This document shows, in pieces, positions 47,132 to 57,521 of a DNA stretch of 64,000 nt. Under the pieces are notes generated by a model. It was not told the origin of the DNA. It worked only from the letters and a program-made list of their open reading frames with translations, and made no database searches. Positions within the stretch are counted from its first letter, which is position 1. The number at the start of each line of letters is the position of its first letter. The translations under genes were made by a program, and so were the position numbers. Origin of the DNA: an uncultured Alphaproteobacteria bacterium (lineage in GTDB: Bacteria; Pseudomonadota; Alphaproteobacteria; RF32; CAG-239); assembly GCA_944391505.1 (NCBI GenBank), contig CALXTV010000001.1, positions 34,651 to 98,650 of the forward strand, in the 5' to 3' direction.

Positions 47132-48949
47132 ATGAAAAGAAGAAATATCGCCATTATTGCCCACGTCGACCACGGCAAAACCACTTTGGTTGATGGCCTC
47201 CTGAAACAGAGTGGTACCTTCCGCGAAAACCAGAAAGTCGAAACCTGCGTCATGGACAGCAACGACCTGGAAAGGGAACGCGGCATTACCATTCTGTCCA
47301 AATGCACTTCCGTCCAATGGAAAGATACGCATATTAATATTGTCGACACTCCGGGTCACGCGGACTTCGGCGGTGAGGTCGAGCGCATTATGTCCATGGT
47401 CGACGGCGTCGTCCTGCTCGTCGATTCTTCGGAAGGCCCGATGCCGCAAACCAAATTTGTTCTCGGCAAGGCCTTAAAAGTCGGTCTCAAGCCGATTGTC
47501 GTCATCAACAAGGCCGATAAGCCCGATGCCCGCGTCGATGAAGTCTTAAACGAAGTTTTCGATCTGTTTGTCAGCCTCAACGCCAGCGATGAGCAACTTG
47601 ACTTTCCTGTTCTCTATGCCTCGGGACGCAACGGCTGGGCAGTTAAAGACATGAACGACGAAAAGAAAGACCTCTCGCCGCTGTTTGAACTGATTCTGTC
47701 TTATGTTCCGGAACCCGTCTGTGAACCGGACAAACCGTTTTCCATGCTGGCCACCACGCTGGAAGCAGACAAATTCATCGGACGTATTCTGACCGGAAAA
47801 ATCCATTCCGGCAGTCTGAAAGTAAATGATTCGGTCAAAGTCATCAACGAACAGGGCGAAGTCGAACGCACCCGCATTACCAAAATTCTGGCCTATGAAG
47901 GGCTCAACCGCGTCAGCAAAGAAGAAGCCCATGCCGGAGACATTGTCGCCGTTGCCGGTATTGTCAAAGGAACGGTTGCCGACACCATCTGTGCACCGGA
48001 AGTAACCGAGGCCATACACGCGCAGCCGATTGATCCGCCGACCCTGGCCATGACTTTCTCGGTCAACGATTCGCCCTTGGCCGGACGCGAAGGCGACAAA
48101 GTTACCTCCCGCATGATTTGGGATCGCCTTTGCAAAGAAGCCGAGGGAAACATTGCCCTGCGCATATCCAAAACCGATTCGACCGATTCTTTCGAAGTTG
48201 CCGGCCGCGGCGAACTTCAGCTCGGCGTATTGATTGAAACCATGCGCCGCGAGGGCTTCGAACTTTCCATCTCCCGCCCGCGCGTACTGATGAAAAAAGA
48301 CGAAAACGGACAACTGCTGGAACCGGTTGAAGAAGTAGTCGTTGATGTTGATGAAGAATTTTCCGGCGTTGTTGTCGAAAAACTCGGCCAGAAACGTGCC
48401 GAACTGATTGAGATGATTCCCTCTCAGGTCGGTAACAAAGTGCGCCTGATTTTCCATGCACCGTCCCGCGGCCTCATCGGCTATCACTCCGAATTTTTAA
48501 CGGATACGCGCGGCACCGGCGTCATGAACCGCAGTTTTTACGCCTATGAACCGTACAAAGGAGACATCGACGCCCGTCGCAACGGCGTGCTCATTTCCAG
48601 CGAAGCCGGTACAGCCGTCGCCTATTCTCTCTGGAAACTTCAGGATCGCGGCCCGATGTTCATTGACGCCGGCGTTCCGGTATATGTCGGCATGATTATC
48701 GGCGAACATACCAAGTCCAACGATTTGGAGGTCAACCCGACCAAGGCCAAACAACTGACCAATATCCGCGCCGCCGGCAAAGACGAGGCGATTGATTTGG
48801 TTCCGCCACGCAAACTCACGCTGGAACAGGGATTGTCCTACATTCAGGCTGACGAACTTTTGGAAGTAACGCCGAAAACCATCCGCCTGCGCAAACGGAT
48901 TCTCGACCCAATTGCCCGCAAACGCGCCAAACCGGACATAGCTTCTTAA
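47132..48949 (+). CDS. typA: Translational GTPase TypA/BipA
   Basis: [27 protein letters not shown]. Confidence 0.98.
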   Translation: MKRRNIAIIAHVDHGKTTLVDGLLKQSGTFRENQKVETCVMDSNDLERERGITILSKCTSVQWKDTHINIVDTPGHADFGGEVERIMSMVDGVVLLVDSSEGPMPQTKFVLGKALKVGLKPIVVINKADKPDARVDEVLNEVFDLFVSLNASDEQLDFPVLYASGRNGWAVKDMNDEKKDLSPLFELILSYVPEPVCEPDKPFSMLATTLEADKFIGRILTGKIHSGSLKVNDSVKVINEQGEVERTRITKILAYEGLNRVSKEEAHAGDIVAVAGIVKGTVADTICAPEVTEAIHAQPIDPPTLAMTFSVNDSPLAGREGDKVTSRMIWDRLCKEAEGNIALRISKTDSTDSFEVAGRGELQLGVLIETMRREGFELSISRPRVLMKKDENGQLLEPVEEVVVDVDEEFSGVVVEKLGQKRAELIEMIPSQVGNKVRLIFHAPSRGLIGYHSEFLTDTRGTGVMNRSFYAYEPYKGDIDARRNGVLISSEAGTAVAYSLWKLQDRGPMFIDAGVPVYVGMIIGEHTKSNDLEVNPTKAKQLTNIRAAGKDEAIDLVPPRKLTLEQGLSYIQADELLEVTPKTIRLRKRILDPIARKRAKPDIAS

Positions 48950-49056
48950 ATTAAACAAAAACAGCCTGATTTTATCAGGCTGTTTTTGTACAAAAAAATA
49001 AGCCCCGCATTCCGCGGATCTTAAAAACTTTCCGAAGAAGATGAGTCTGACAGTGG

Positions 49057-49428
49057 TTAACCTCTCTGCACCTCCGCTTCTTTGCTGAATGACATTTCTT
49101 TAACTTTACGTCTGTCATGCTCGGCCATTTTGTCAATATCTCCGGCCTCCAGACCTTTGACAATTCTCAGGCTCTCCGGAACCGGCGACTTGCTCTTCTC
49201 GTCATTATAAGGATTATGCTCTCCGGCCGGAAATCTGTCCATAACATTTCCCCAAACTTTGTTAACACGAGCAATAAAATATTCGCCGCGTTCAGCTCTT
49301 TTGCCGACGGCTTTTCCATCTTCCTGAAGCACAGTTGTTCCGACATGCTCCACCATCTTATTGATAAAGCGTTTTCTGTAAACTTTCTCTTTTGCCCTTT
49401 CGGCTTTTTCTTTTAACTCAGACATCAA
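49057..49428 (-). CDS. Hypothetical protein
   Basis: 123-aa ORF with SD AGGAG. Confidence 0.6.
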   Translation of the reverse strand: MMSELKEKAERAKEKVYRKRFINKMVEHVGTTVLQEDGKAVGKRAERGEYFIARVNKVWGNVMDRFPAGEHNPYNDEKSKSPVPESLRIVKGLEAGDIDKMAEHDRRKVKEMSFSKEAEVQRG

Positions 49429-49616
49429 TCTTCTCCTAAAATTTCTTCCGTTCTTTTTGTCTATTATCGCAATTTAAACCCATTTTGTCAACAATAAACT
49501 TGTCGGAAACTGCACAATATAAATAGATTATTAGCTATTTATACAATATACTATCGGCAAATCAATAAAATTGTCTTAACAAATAACAGTTTTTTAGAAA
49601 AAATCGACGGAAAAAT

Positions 49617-51212
49617 ATGTCACTGTTCAAATCAATCGCCGCCTTCGGAGGCTTTACGCTTATCAGCCGTATCACCGGTTTTGTCAGAGATATGGTGCTT
49701 GCCAATGTGCTTGGTGCCGGCGCCGTCTCCGACGCTTTTTTCGTCGCTTTCAAACTGCCCAACTTCTTCCGCAGCCTTTTCGGCGAAGGCGCTTTCACAA
49801 CCGCCTTTGTTCCGATGCTTTCGCAAAAACTGGCCGTCGGCGAACGAGAAAACGGCATCAAATTTGCCGCACAGGCCATTTCCGTCCTGGTATTTTTCCT
49901 GACTCTGTTCATTATCCTGATGGAAATATTCATGCCGGCCGTTGTCGTTGTTCTGGCCCCGGGATTCGCCGAAAACGGCGGCAAGGTTGAACTGGCCGTT
50001 GTGCTCTCGCGTATAACCTTTCCTTTTCTGTTGTTTGTTTCCATTGTCTCTTTTCAATCCGGCATTCTCAATTCCCTCGGCCGCTTTGCCGCACCGGCCG
50101 CCTCTCCGGTAATTCTCAACCTGATGATGGCTGTTTCGGCTTTTCTGTTTGCGCCTTTTGGTCTTTCTCCGGCACACGGCATTGCCGTCGGCGTCACGGT
50201 TGCCGGTTTTCTCGAAATACTCTGGCTAAGCCGCTTCCTGCACAAAGAAGGTGTCTTCATACGCCCTCACCTGAATATCCCTAGGCTGATTCGCGAACCG
50301 GAAATTAAAACGCTCTTCCGCCGCATAGCCCCGGGAATGCTCGGAGCCGGCGTTTATCAAATTAACATGTTCGTTGACACTGTCCTGGTCTCACTGGTCG
50401 GAACCGGCGCCATTTCCTGGCTCTATTACGCCAACCGCATGCAGCAGCTTCCCCTGGGAGTTGTCGGCGCAGCCATCGGTGTCGCGTTGCTGCCGATACT
50501 TTCCCGCCAGTTAAAAACGGGCAACGCGGAAGAAGCCCGTCAAACGCAGGATAAGGCCGTCGAATACGGCGTTTTGTTGTCCCTTCCCGCCGCCGTTATG
50601 CTGGTTATTCTTGCCGAGCCGATTATTAACATTCTCTTTCAGCACGGCAAGTTCGGTACCGCTGATACCCTGATGACGGCCAGAGCGCTGATAGCCTACG
50701 CCGTCGGTTTGCCGCTTTATGTCATCGTCAAAGCTCTGGCACCAAACTTTTTTGCCCGCGGCGACACCAAAACCCCGGTCAAATATTCTGTTGTTGTCCT
50801 TATTGCCAATCTTTTGTTTGCCCTGCTTCTGATGCGTCCGTTCGGGCATGTCGGCATTGCCGCCGCCACCACGTTGGCCGCCGTCATTTCACTTTGGCAA
50901 TATGTTCGCGGTCTCCAAAAACGCGGTTACTGGACTTTTTCTCCGAAACTGATAAAAAAAATATTGCTGATTGCCTTGTCTTCGCTGTTGATGGGAATTA
51001 TAATGCTTGGTGTTCAGGCCGGCATTAATCATTGTACGGGAGATTGGCTGACGCTTCCGCTCCTGCCCAAAATGGCTGTTCTGGTACTTTTGGGACTGAC
51101 GGGACTTGCCGGTTTTCTGCTTTTCGCAAAACTGACCCGGGTACTGGATATCGGCGAAATATTAAAAACGCTAAAAAACAAAAGGAAACAAGATGTCAAA
51201 ACTTCAGCTTAA
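49617..51212 (+). CDS. murJ: Lipid II flippase MurJ
   Basis: SRITGFVRD, FKLPNFFRSLFGEGAF, YYANRMQQLPLG. Confidence 0.97.
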   Translation: MSLFKSIAAFGGFTLISRITGFVRDMVLANVLGAGAVSDAFFVAFKLPNFFRSLFGEGAFTTAFVPMLSQKLAVGERENGIKFAAQAISVLVFFLTLFIILMEIFMPAVVVVLAPGFAENGGKVELAVVLSRITFPFLLFVSIVSFQSGILNSLGRFAAPAASPVILNLMMAVSAFLFAPFGLSPAHGIAVGVTVAGFLEILWLSRFLHKEGVFIRPHLNIPRLIREPEIKTLFRRIAPGMLGAGVYQINMFVDTVLVSLVGTGAISWLYYANRMQQLPLGVVGAAIGVALLPILSRQLKTGNAEEARQTQDKAVEYGVLLSLPAAVMLVILAEPIINILFQHGKFGTADTLMTARALIAYAVGLPLYVIVKALAPNFFARGDTKTPVKYSVVVLIANLLFALLLMRPFGHVGIAAATTLAAVISLWQYVRGLQKRGYWTFSPKLIKKILLIALSSLLMGIIMLGVQAGINHCTGDWLTLPLLPKMAVLVLLGLTGLAGFLLFAKLTRVLDIGEILKTLKNKRKQDVKTSA

Positions 51213-52230
51213 GGATTTGCCGGCGCGAATAAAAACTCTTTTCAGGCAAAAGATTTCGCCCCGTCTTGCCCGGCTTCCGGACTATCTGATTTTGTTTGTC
51301 AGTTCCTGGTGGCACATTATTCTGATTGCCTTGGCCGCCCTCATTTTTCTTTATTATCCGATCGGCGGCATGATGGTCAGCAAAATAGATACCGATACCT
51401 CTTACGAAATAAAAGAGCCCGAAACCGGACAATCAGCGGCCGTAGACATGATGGCTTTCATCATCAACCGGGAAGTCAACGAAAAAATGTGGACGCCGAA
51501 CCTGCCCTTCTTTTTCCCATCCTATTTTCTCGATAATATGCCGGCCTTTCAACTCGGTATGTTCGATTCTCTGGCCAAATTTTCCGCCGTCATGGCTCGC
51601 CAAAACGGAAAACTCGTCATCAACGGCGATTCGCCGCACCACTTGCAGGAGGCTGCCGAATTGCTCAAATATCCGGGAACAATCTGGATGTTTTCGCCCG
51701 CCAACAGGCTGCGTCCCGTTCCTTCGGCCAACACCCAATACCGGAAAGCGCGCAAACACCTGATAAAATTCAATGCGTCGCTGGCCGGCGGCAGCGAAAT
51801 TTGGTATAAGAGCCCCGAAGAATTATCCCGCCTGCTTTCCTCGGCAGGCAACGATCTCTGGCAAACGGCCTCCCGGCGGCTTGAACGGCAAATCCGCGAA
51901 AACAGCGCCGATTTCATAGACAACAAAGCCGATGATGTTTTTTACTACGGACAGGGCAAAGCCTATGCCTATTACCTGCTGTTTAACGCACTCGGCAGAG
52001 ACTATAAGGAAATCATTGTCAAAAAAGATGCTTACAGCATTTGGACGTCTATGCTCAAAGCCTTGGAAGACGCATCAAAAATCAACCCTTCCGTTATCAG
52101 AAACGGCCGTCTTGACAGCTTTGGCGCGCCCAACCATCTTGCCGCGTTGGGCTTCTACATTCTGAAAGCCCAGACACTGATGAACCGGATTAACGACAAA
52201 ATAAACATCTCCTCACCAAACAAGGAATAA
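51193..52230 (+). CDS. DUF2333 family protein
   Basis: WTPNLPFFFPSYFLDNMPAFQLG; ADDVFY; alphaproteobacterial family. Confidence 0.75.
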   Translation: MSKLQLKDLPARIKTLFRQKISPRLARLPDYLILFVSSWWHIILIALAALIFLYYPIGGMMVSKIDTDTSYEIKEPETGQSAAVDMMAFIINREVNEKMWTPNLPFFFPSYFLDNMPAFQLGMFDSLAKFSAVMARQNGKLVINGDSPHHLQEAAELLKYPGTIWMFSPANRLRPVPSANTQYRKARKHLIKFNASLAGGSEIWYKSPEELSRLLSSAGNDLWQTASRRLERQIRENSADFIDNKADDVFYYGQGKAYAYYLLFNALGRDYKEIIVKKDAYSIWTSMLKALEDASKINPSVIRNGRLDSFGAPNHLAALGFYILKAQTLMNRINDKINISSPNKE

Positions 52231-52233
52231 CCC

Positions 52234-52779
52234 ATGCTCATTGAAACTCAGACTACTCCCGATTCCAACGTCATCAACTTTTTTCCGGCCGAAAAAGTTA
52301 TGCGTTCCGGCACCGCCGAATTTATCGATGCCAAATCCCTGCGCCGCTCCCCGCTGGCCGAAGCCATTTTTGACATTGGCGGCATCAAATCGGTTTTTCT
52401 GACCTCGGACATGGTTTCGGTTACAAAAGAAGACAATGCCTCCTGGGACGATCTCAAACCGCAGATACTCGCGGAAATCATGGACTTCTTTGCCACAGGC
52501 GAACAGGCTGTCGTCGAAAATCCGACAGACCGCAGCCCCGAAAACATCATTCGCGAAATCACCAGCCTGATAAATGCCCGCATTCGTCCGGCCATTCGTC
52601 AGGACGGCGGCGATATCGTCTTCAAAAAATTTGCAAACGGCGTTGTTTATGTCGAACTGCAGGGAAACTGCAAAGGCTGTCCCTATGCTTTGGTCACCTT
52701 GAAAGAAGGTGTTGAAAAAATTCTCAAAACCTATATTCCCGAAGTCAAATCCGTCGAGAACTACGATAAAGATGCTTAA
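52234..52779 (+). CDS. nfuA: NifU/NfuA Fe-S scaffold
   Basis: IETQTTP, IRPAIRQDGGDI, GNCKGCP. Confidence 0.9.
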   Translation: MLIETQTTPDSNVINFFPAEKVMRSGTAEFIDAKSLRRSPLAEAIFDIGGIKSVFLTSDMVSVTKEDNASWDDLKPQILAEIMDFFATGEQAVVENPTDRSPENIIREITSLINARIRPAIRQDGGDIVFKKFANGVVYVELQGNCKGCPYALVTLKEGVEKILKTYIPEVKSVENYDKDA

Positions 52780-53712
52780 ATGAAAAATATTTTCCTCCGG
52801 TTATATCTGCTCGCTTTTCTTCTGACCGCTTCCGCCGCGGCCAAGGCCGAAATCGATCTCCGCCCGGACGGACTTTACCTGACCGATGTTACAGTCGCCC
52901 AGCTTGAAAAACAATATGAGTTGTACGAATATAAAGACTACATTTATATGCCGGATTGGATTTATCCGCCGATTTTTCTGACCAATCTGCCGACGGATTT
53001 CAATCAAATCTCCGACGCAAATCAGCGCAACAAACTGTTTTTGCAAATACTCGGTCCGCTGGCACTGAAACTAAGCGAAGAACAAAAAGAAGAACGGCTG
53101 GCAATCCGCGAACTGCGTGCCGCTTTCCTGGAAGGTGCCGACCTCACTCCCGAACAGGAAAAGTTCGTTGAAGAAAAGGCCGTCAAATATGATATATTTA
53201 CCCGCATGAAAGGCCGTCGGCGCTATGACATTCTGCTCAAACAATTGGAACTTAAAGCCGATGTTATTCCTCCCTCCTTGCTGATGGCCGCAGCGGCTAT
53301 CGAAAGCGATTGGGGAACCAACCGTATTGTCCGCGAAGGAAATTCTCTTTACAAAGAACTTGATTGGTACACGGACAAAGGACTGAAACCAGAAGACGAC
53401 AAACAAGATCAAAGCTACCGTTACAAAACGTTCCCCAGCCTTTATGATTCCATGAAATCTTATGCGCTGCATTTAAACAGCAACGTCAACTATGAACAAA
53501 TGCGCTCCTACCGTGCGGCCATCGAATATCGTGAAAAACCGGTCTTCGGACGAGCTCTGGCACACACCATGCTCTTCGGCACCAACCTTAAAAACTTTGC
53601 CGGTCTGTTGGATTATACCATAACTTTTTACGAGCTGACAAACTTCGATGAAGCAGAACTCGGCTTTGTAAAGCTTCCGAAAAGCGAAGACAAAAAAATA
53701 AAAAAAATTTGA
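52780..53712 (+). CDS. Glucosaminidase-domain protein (Bax-like)
   Basis: IPPSLLMAAAAIESDWGT; signal peptide. Confidence 0.75.
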   Translation: MKNIFLRLYLLAFLLTASAAAKAEIDLRPDGLYLTDVTVAQLEKQYELYEYKDYIYMPDWIYPPIFLTNLPTDFNQISDANQRNKLFLQILGPLALKLSEEQKEERLAIRELRAAFLEGADLTPEQEKFVEEKAVKYDIFTRMKGRRRYDILLKQLELKADVIPPSLLMAAAAIESDWGTNRIVREGNSLYKELDWYTDKGLKPEDDKQDQSYRYKTFPSLYDSMKSYALHLNSNVNYEQMRSYRAAIEYREKPVFGRALAHTMLFGTNLKNFAGLLDYTITFYELTNFDEAELGFVKLPKSEDKKIKKI

Positions 53713-53824
53713 CTAAATACAAAGACCGCGTATTATATAGTAGATTTGTAACAAAAAATTAATAAGGTTTTTGTACAATAATACATTATCATAAGAGATA
53801 TGATAACCAGATGCAGGTTGCCCC

Positions 53825-54931
53825 ATGGATAAGAACGTCTTAACCTCAAATGACATAAAACTTTTATCCCAGAACCTCTCCGTAGAAAACAAAGGCAATA
53901 CGGCCCGTAAAGTTACGGCCTATTACGAAGGCGGCCAAATTACTGAAAAAGGCCTCAAACTGGCCGAAGATATTTTCCGCATCATGGTTGAGGATATTGA
54001 AGTCAAAGTCCGCGAAATTCTTTCCGACAGCCTGAAAAACTGCAAAAGCATTCCCCGCGACATTGCTTTCAAACTGATAAACGATCAGGCCAGCGTTGCC
54101 GTTCCGTTCATCAAACACTATGCCAACCTGACCCGGGAAGATCTGATTAGCATTCTCGAAATGCAGAATATTGACAAGCAAAAAGCCGTTGCCCAGCGTC
54201 AAAACCTTTCCGAAGACATCTCACAGTATATCGTCGACAAATGCCCCGAAGAAGTGGTTGGCACCCTTATTTCGAACGATTCAGCCAAAATTATGGAAAG
54301 CACATATACCAGTATTGTGCAAAAATATTCGGAAAGCGACAATATCAAAAAACGGCTGGTTTATCGTGCCGAACTTCCGGTAACGGTCATAGAGAAAATT
54401 GTCAACTACCTTTCCGAAGAACTGCAACAGCACTTGATTGTATCGCACAACCTGCCTGACGACATCGCCACGGACATCATCGAACAGGTCAAAGAAAAAG
54501 CCACTCTAAAAATTTCCGAAGAATACAGCTCGGACAAACAAATTGAAGAGCTTGTGCATCAATTATATACCGCCAACCGCCTGACGCCGACTTTAGTCGT
54601 GCGCGCCATCTGCATGGGTGATTTGAAATTTTTTGAATATGCGCTGGTTTACTTGTCCAATACACCGATTACCGAAGTTCGTAAAATCTTATACAATACC
54701 CAGCTTGATTTCATGATTCGCAACCTGCTGCGCAAGGCTTTTATACCAAAGAGTATGTTTCCGGCCGTTTTCAGCGCGCTTAATGTCATCAAAGACATTC
54801 GCTTTGACTGCCGTCGCTCTGACCGCAGTTCGTTTATTCATAAAGTCATTGAGCGTATCCTCACTTTCGGTAGCGCCGGCGAAGATCTCAGCGAAGCGGA
54901 CGTTAATTATCTGATTTCCCGCATCAGCTGA
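53825..54931 (+). CDS. DUF2336 protein
   Basis: EVKVREILSDSLK...VAVPFIKH...AVAQRQNL pattern. Confidence 0.8.
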   Translation: MDKNVLTSNDIKLLSQNLSVENKGNTARKVTAYYEGGQITEKGLKLAEDIFRIMVEDIEVKVREILSDSLKNCKSIPRDIAFKLINDQASVAVPFIKHYANLTREDLISILEMQNIDKQKAVAQRQNLSEDISQYIVDKCPEEVVGTLISNDSAKIMESTYTSIVQKYSESDNIKKRLVYRAELPVTVIEKIVNYLSEELQQHLIVSHNLPDDIATDIIEQVKEKATLKISEEYSSDKQIEELVHQLYTANRLTPTLVVRAICMGDLKFFEYALVYLSNTPITEVRKILYNTQLDFMIRNLLRKAFIPKSMFPAVFSALNVIKDIRFDCRRSDRSSFIHKVIERILTFGSAGEDLSEADVNYLISRIS

Positions 54932-55028
54932 CATATCTTTGCTAAGATGTGCACGTTTTGCAAAAATTCTTGATTATATCGAGCCCCTGTCTATATAATA
55001 TGATAATTAATTAGCAGAGGAAAAAATT

Positions 55029-56708
55029 TTGGCCGCCAACGCAGACATTCTGCCCGATTTGTTAAAACTGAACGATCTTCTCATTTCCGAGAAAGATTTT
55101 ACCGTTGTTATTGAAAACATTATGGAAACGGCCGCTAACATATGCAATGCGGACTGCGGCTTTTTCTATACCCTCAACGATGACAATTTTCTCAGTCTGG
55201 ACTACAGTTTTAACCGCTCACAGCGTTTGTCGCTGCGCGGCTCTGATAATCTGACCTTTTTCCAAACCGTATACCTGCCAGAACGCAAAAACAAAACACC
55301 AAAATCTCTGGTTGAAAATTGCTATTTTAATAATGAAATTGTCAACACCGCCAACTTATACGGCACGCCTGATTTGGACAATACTTTCTTCATTACCTAC
55401 GACGAAGCGAATTCCTATCGGACAATTTCTGTTCTCACACTGCCGATTATCAGTCGCAAAGAAAACATCGTCGGCATTGCCCAATTTGTCAATCCGCAGG
55501 ATTACAACGGTAAAACCGTTGTTTTTACGTCCGAAATGCAAAAGACAATCCAGTCGGTTCTTTCTCTGGCCGGCCTGATACTTGAAAACCGGCGGATGAA
55601 TGAAGCCTACGGACAACTCCTCGAATCATTTATTGAAGTCCTGGCCCGTGCCATAGATGCCAAATCACCCTACACCGGGGCCCATTGCCAGCGCGTCCCC
55701 GTTATCGCCCGCATGCTGGCCACCGCCGCAGTTCAGGAAGACAGCGGCCCGTTGCGCAATTTTGAAATGACCCCGGAAGACTGGTATGCCCTGCATATTG
55801 CCTCCTGGCTGCATGATTGCGGCAAGGTCACGACGCCGGAATATATTGTTGACAAAGCCACCAAGCTGGAAACCATTTACAACCGCATTCACGAAATCCG
55901 CGACCGTTTTGAAATTTTACGCCGCGATGCTCATATCGAATACCTTAAAAAACGTTTGAACAACGTCGATAAACAGGAAAATCTCCAAGCCGAATTTGTC
56001 AGCAAAGTCAAACAGCTTGAAAACGACTTTGCTTTCATTGCCGATTGCAACATCGGCGACGCACCTCTGACAGATGAGGACATTCAACGTCTGGAGCAGC
56101 TTTCCAAAATAAAATTCATTCGCTACTTCAACCGTATGCTCGGCCTGTCCTGGGCCGAACGCGACAATGTCCGGTGGCCGGAGCTTTACGAACGTCCGAG
56201 CTGGGAAAACCTGCTCCAAAACCGTGACGACCACATTTTCGGCCAATATAATCGCGGCGAGCTTTACAATCTCGAAATCAGGCAGGGAACCATCAACAAA
56301 GAGGAGCGCGAAAAAATTAACGAACATATTGTCGTAACAATAGATATGCTCAAAGCGCTTCCTTTTCCCAAAGAATTGTCTAAGGTTGTCGAATATGCTG
56401 GCGCCCATCACGAACGCGTCGACGGCAAAGGCTATCCAAACGGGTTGACCGGCGATGAGATGTCCGTCCCGGCCAAAATCATGGCCATAGCCGACATCTT
56501 TGAAGCGCTGACCGCCAACGACCGCCCGTATAAAGAACCCAAAAAGCTTTCCGAAGTCCTGCGCATTATGCAGGAAATGAAAAATACCGGCCACATTGAC
56601 CCTGACTTGTACAAAGTTTTCATTACCAGTAAGGTTTATATGGATTATGCCGAACAATATATTTCGCCACAACAGATTGACGAAATAAATCCGGACGACT
56701 ATCTCTGA
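55029..56708 (+). CDS. GAF + HD-GYP c-di-GMP phosphodiesterase
   Basis: DAKSPYTGAHCQRV, WLHDCGK, HHERVDGKGYP, ADIFEALT. Confidence 0.92.
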   Translation: MAANADILPDLLKLNDLLISEKDFTVVIENIMETAANICNADCGFFYTLNDDNFLSLDYSFNRSQRLSLRGSDNLTFFQTVYLPERKNKTPKSLVENCYFNNEIVNTANLYGTPDLDNTFFITYDEANSYRTISVLTLPIISRKENIVGIAQFVNPQDYNGKTVVFTSEMQKTIQSVLSLAGLILENRRMNEAYGQLLESFIEVLARAIDAKSPYTGAHCQRVPVIARMLATAAVQEDSGPLRNFEMTPEDWYALHIASWLHDCGKVTTPEYIVDKATKLETIYNRIHEIRDRFEILRRDAHIEYLKKRLNNVDKQENLQAEFVSKVKQLENDFAFIADCNIGDAPLTDEDIQRLEQLSKIKFIRYFNRMLGLSWAERDNVRWPELYERPSWENLLQNRDDHIFGQYNRGELYNLEIRQGTINKEEREKINEHIVVTIDMLKALPFPKELSKVVEYAGAHHERVDGKGYPNGLTGDEMSVPAKIMAIADIFEALTANDRPYKEPKKLSEVLRIMQEMKNTGHIDPDLYKVFITSKVYMDYAEQYISPQQIDEINPDDYL

Positions 56709-56729
56709 GAAAAACAAACAAGGATTAAA

Positions 56730-57455
56730 ATGAGTTTAGACATAGAAACAATCTTGTGCCGCGCCGGCTATATGAATAACTATTCATATTTGCTGACCGA
56801 CCGCGAAACCGGAATTTCCGCCATTGTTGACCCCTCGGAAGCGGAACCCGTAATTGCCCGCTGCAACGAGCTCGGTCACAAACCGTCATATATCCTCAAC
56901 ACGCACCATCATTTTGACCACACCGAAGCAAACCTTGAAATCAAGAACTATTATCAGGCCAACGTCATTGGCGCCGAATACGACAAAAACCGGATTCCCG
57001 GAATTGACGAAACCGTTTCCGACGGTCAGTTCTGGATGCTTGGAAAAAGCAAGGCCGAAATTATCCGCGTTGACGGACACACCATCGGTCACATTCTCTG
57101 GTATTTTCCGAACGACAAGGCTCTCTTTACCGGCGACACGCTGTTTAATCTCTGTATTGGCGGTTTATTTGAGGGAAGCGCCGAAGAAATGTTCTCTTCT
57201 CTGAACAAAATTAAAAATCTGCCGGGTGATACGCTGTTTTACCCCGGCCACGAATATACCCTGCAAAGCCTGCCTTTCGCTCTTCACCTTAACTTGAACA
57301 ACCCGATTCTCCAAAATTACATTACTGAAGCGCAGAAGCGCCTTCGCCGCGGACTGCCGGCCGGCCCGATTGCCCTTAACACAGAAAAGCAATGCAATCC
57401 TTACCTCATGGCCCAAACCTTAACGGAATTCAAACAACTGCTCAATCGGGAATAA
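56730..57455 (+). CDS. gloB: Hydroxyacylglutathione hydrolase (glyoxalase II)
   Basis: THHHFDH, GHTIGH, FTGDTLF, PGHEYT. Confidence 0.93.
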   Translation: MSLDIETILCRAGYMNNYSYLLTDRETGISAIVDPSEAEPVIARCNELGHKPSYILNTHHHFDHTEANLEIKNYYQANVIGAEYDKNRIPGIDETVSDGQFWMLGKSKAEIIRVDGHTIGHILWYFPNDKALFTGDTLFNLCIGGLFEGSAEEMFSSLNKIKNLPGDTLFYPGHEYTLQSLPFALHLNLNNPILQNYITEAQKRLRRGLPAGPIALNTEKQCNPYLMAQTLTEFKQLLNRE

Positions 57456-57521
57456 AAAATTAGACAAAAAACTTTTTTTGTGCTATATTACTTTCATACT
57501 TGGATTTGAGGAGGAAGCAGC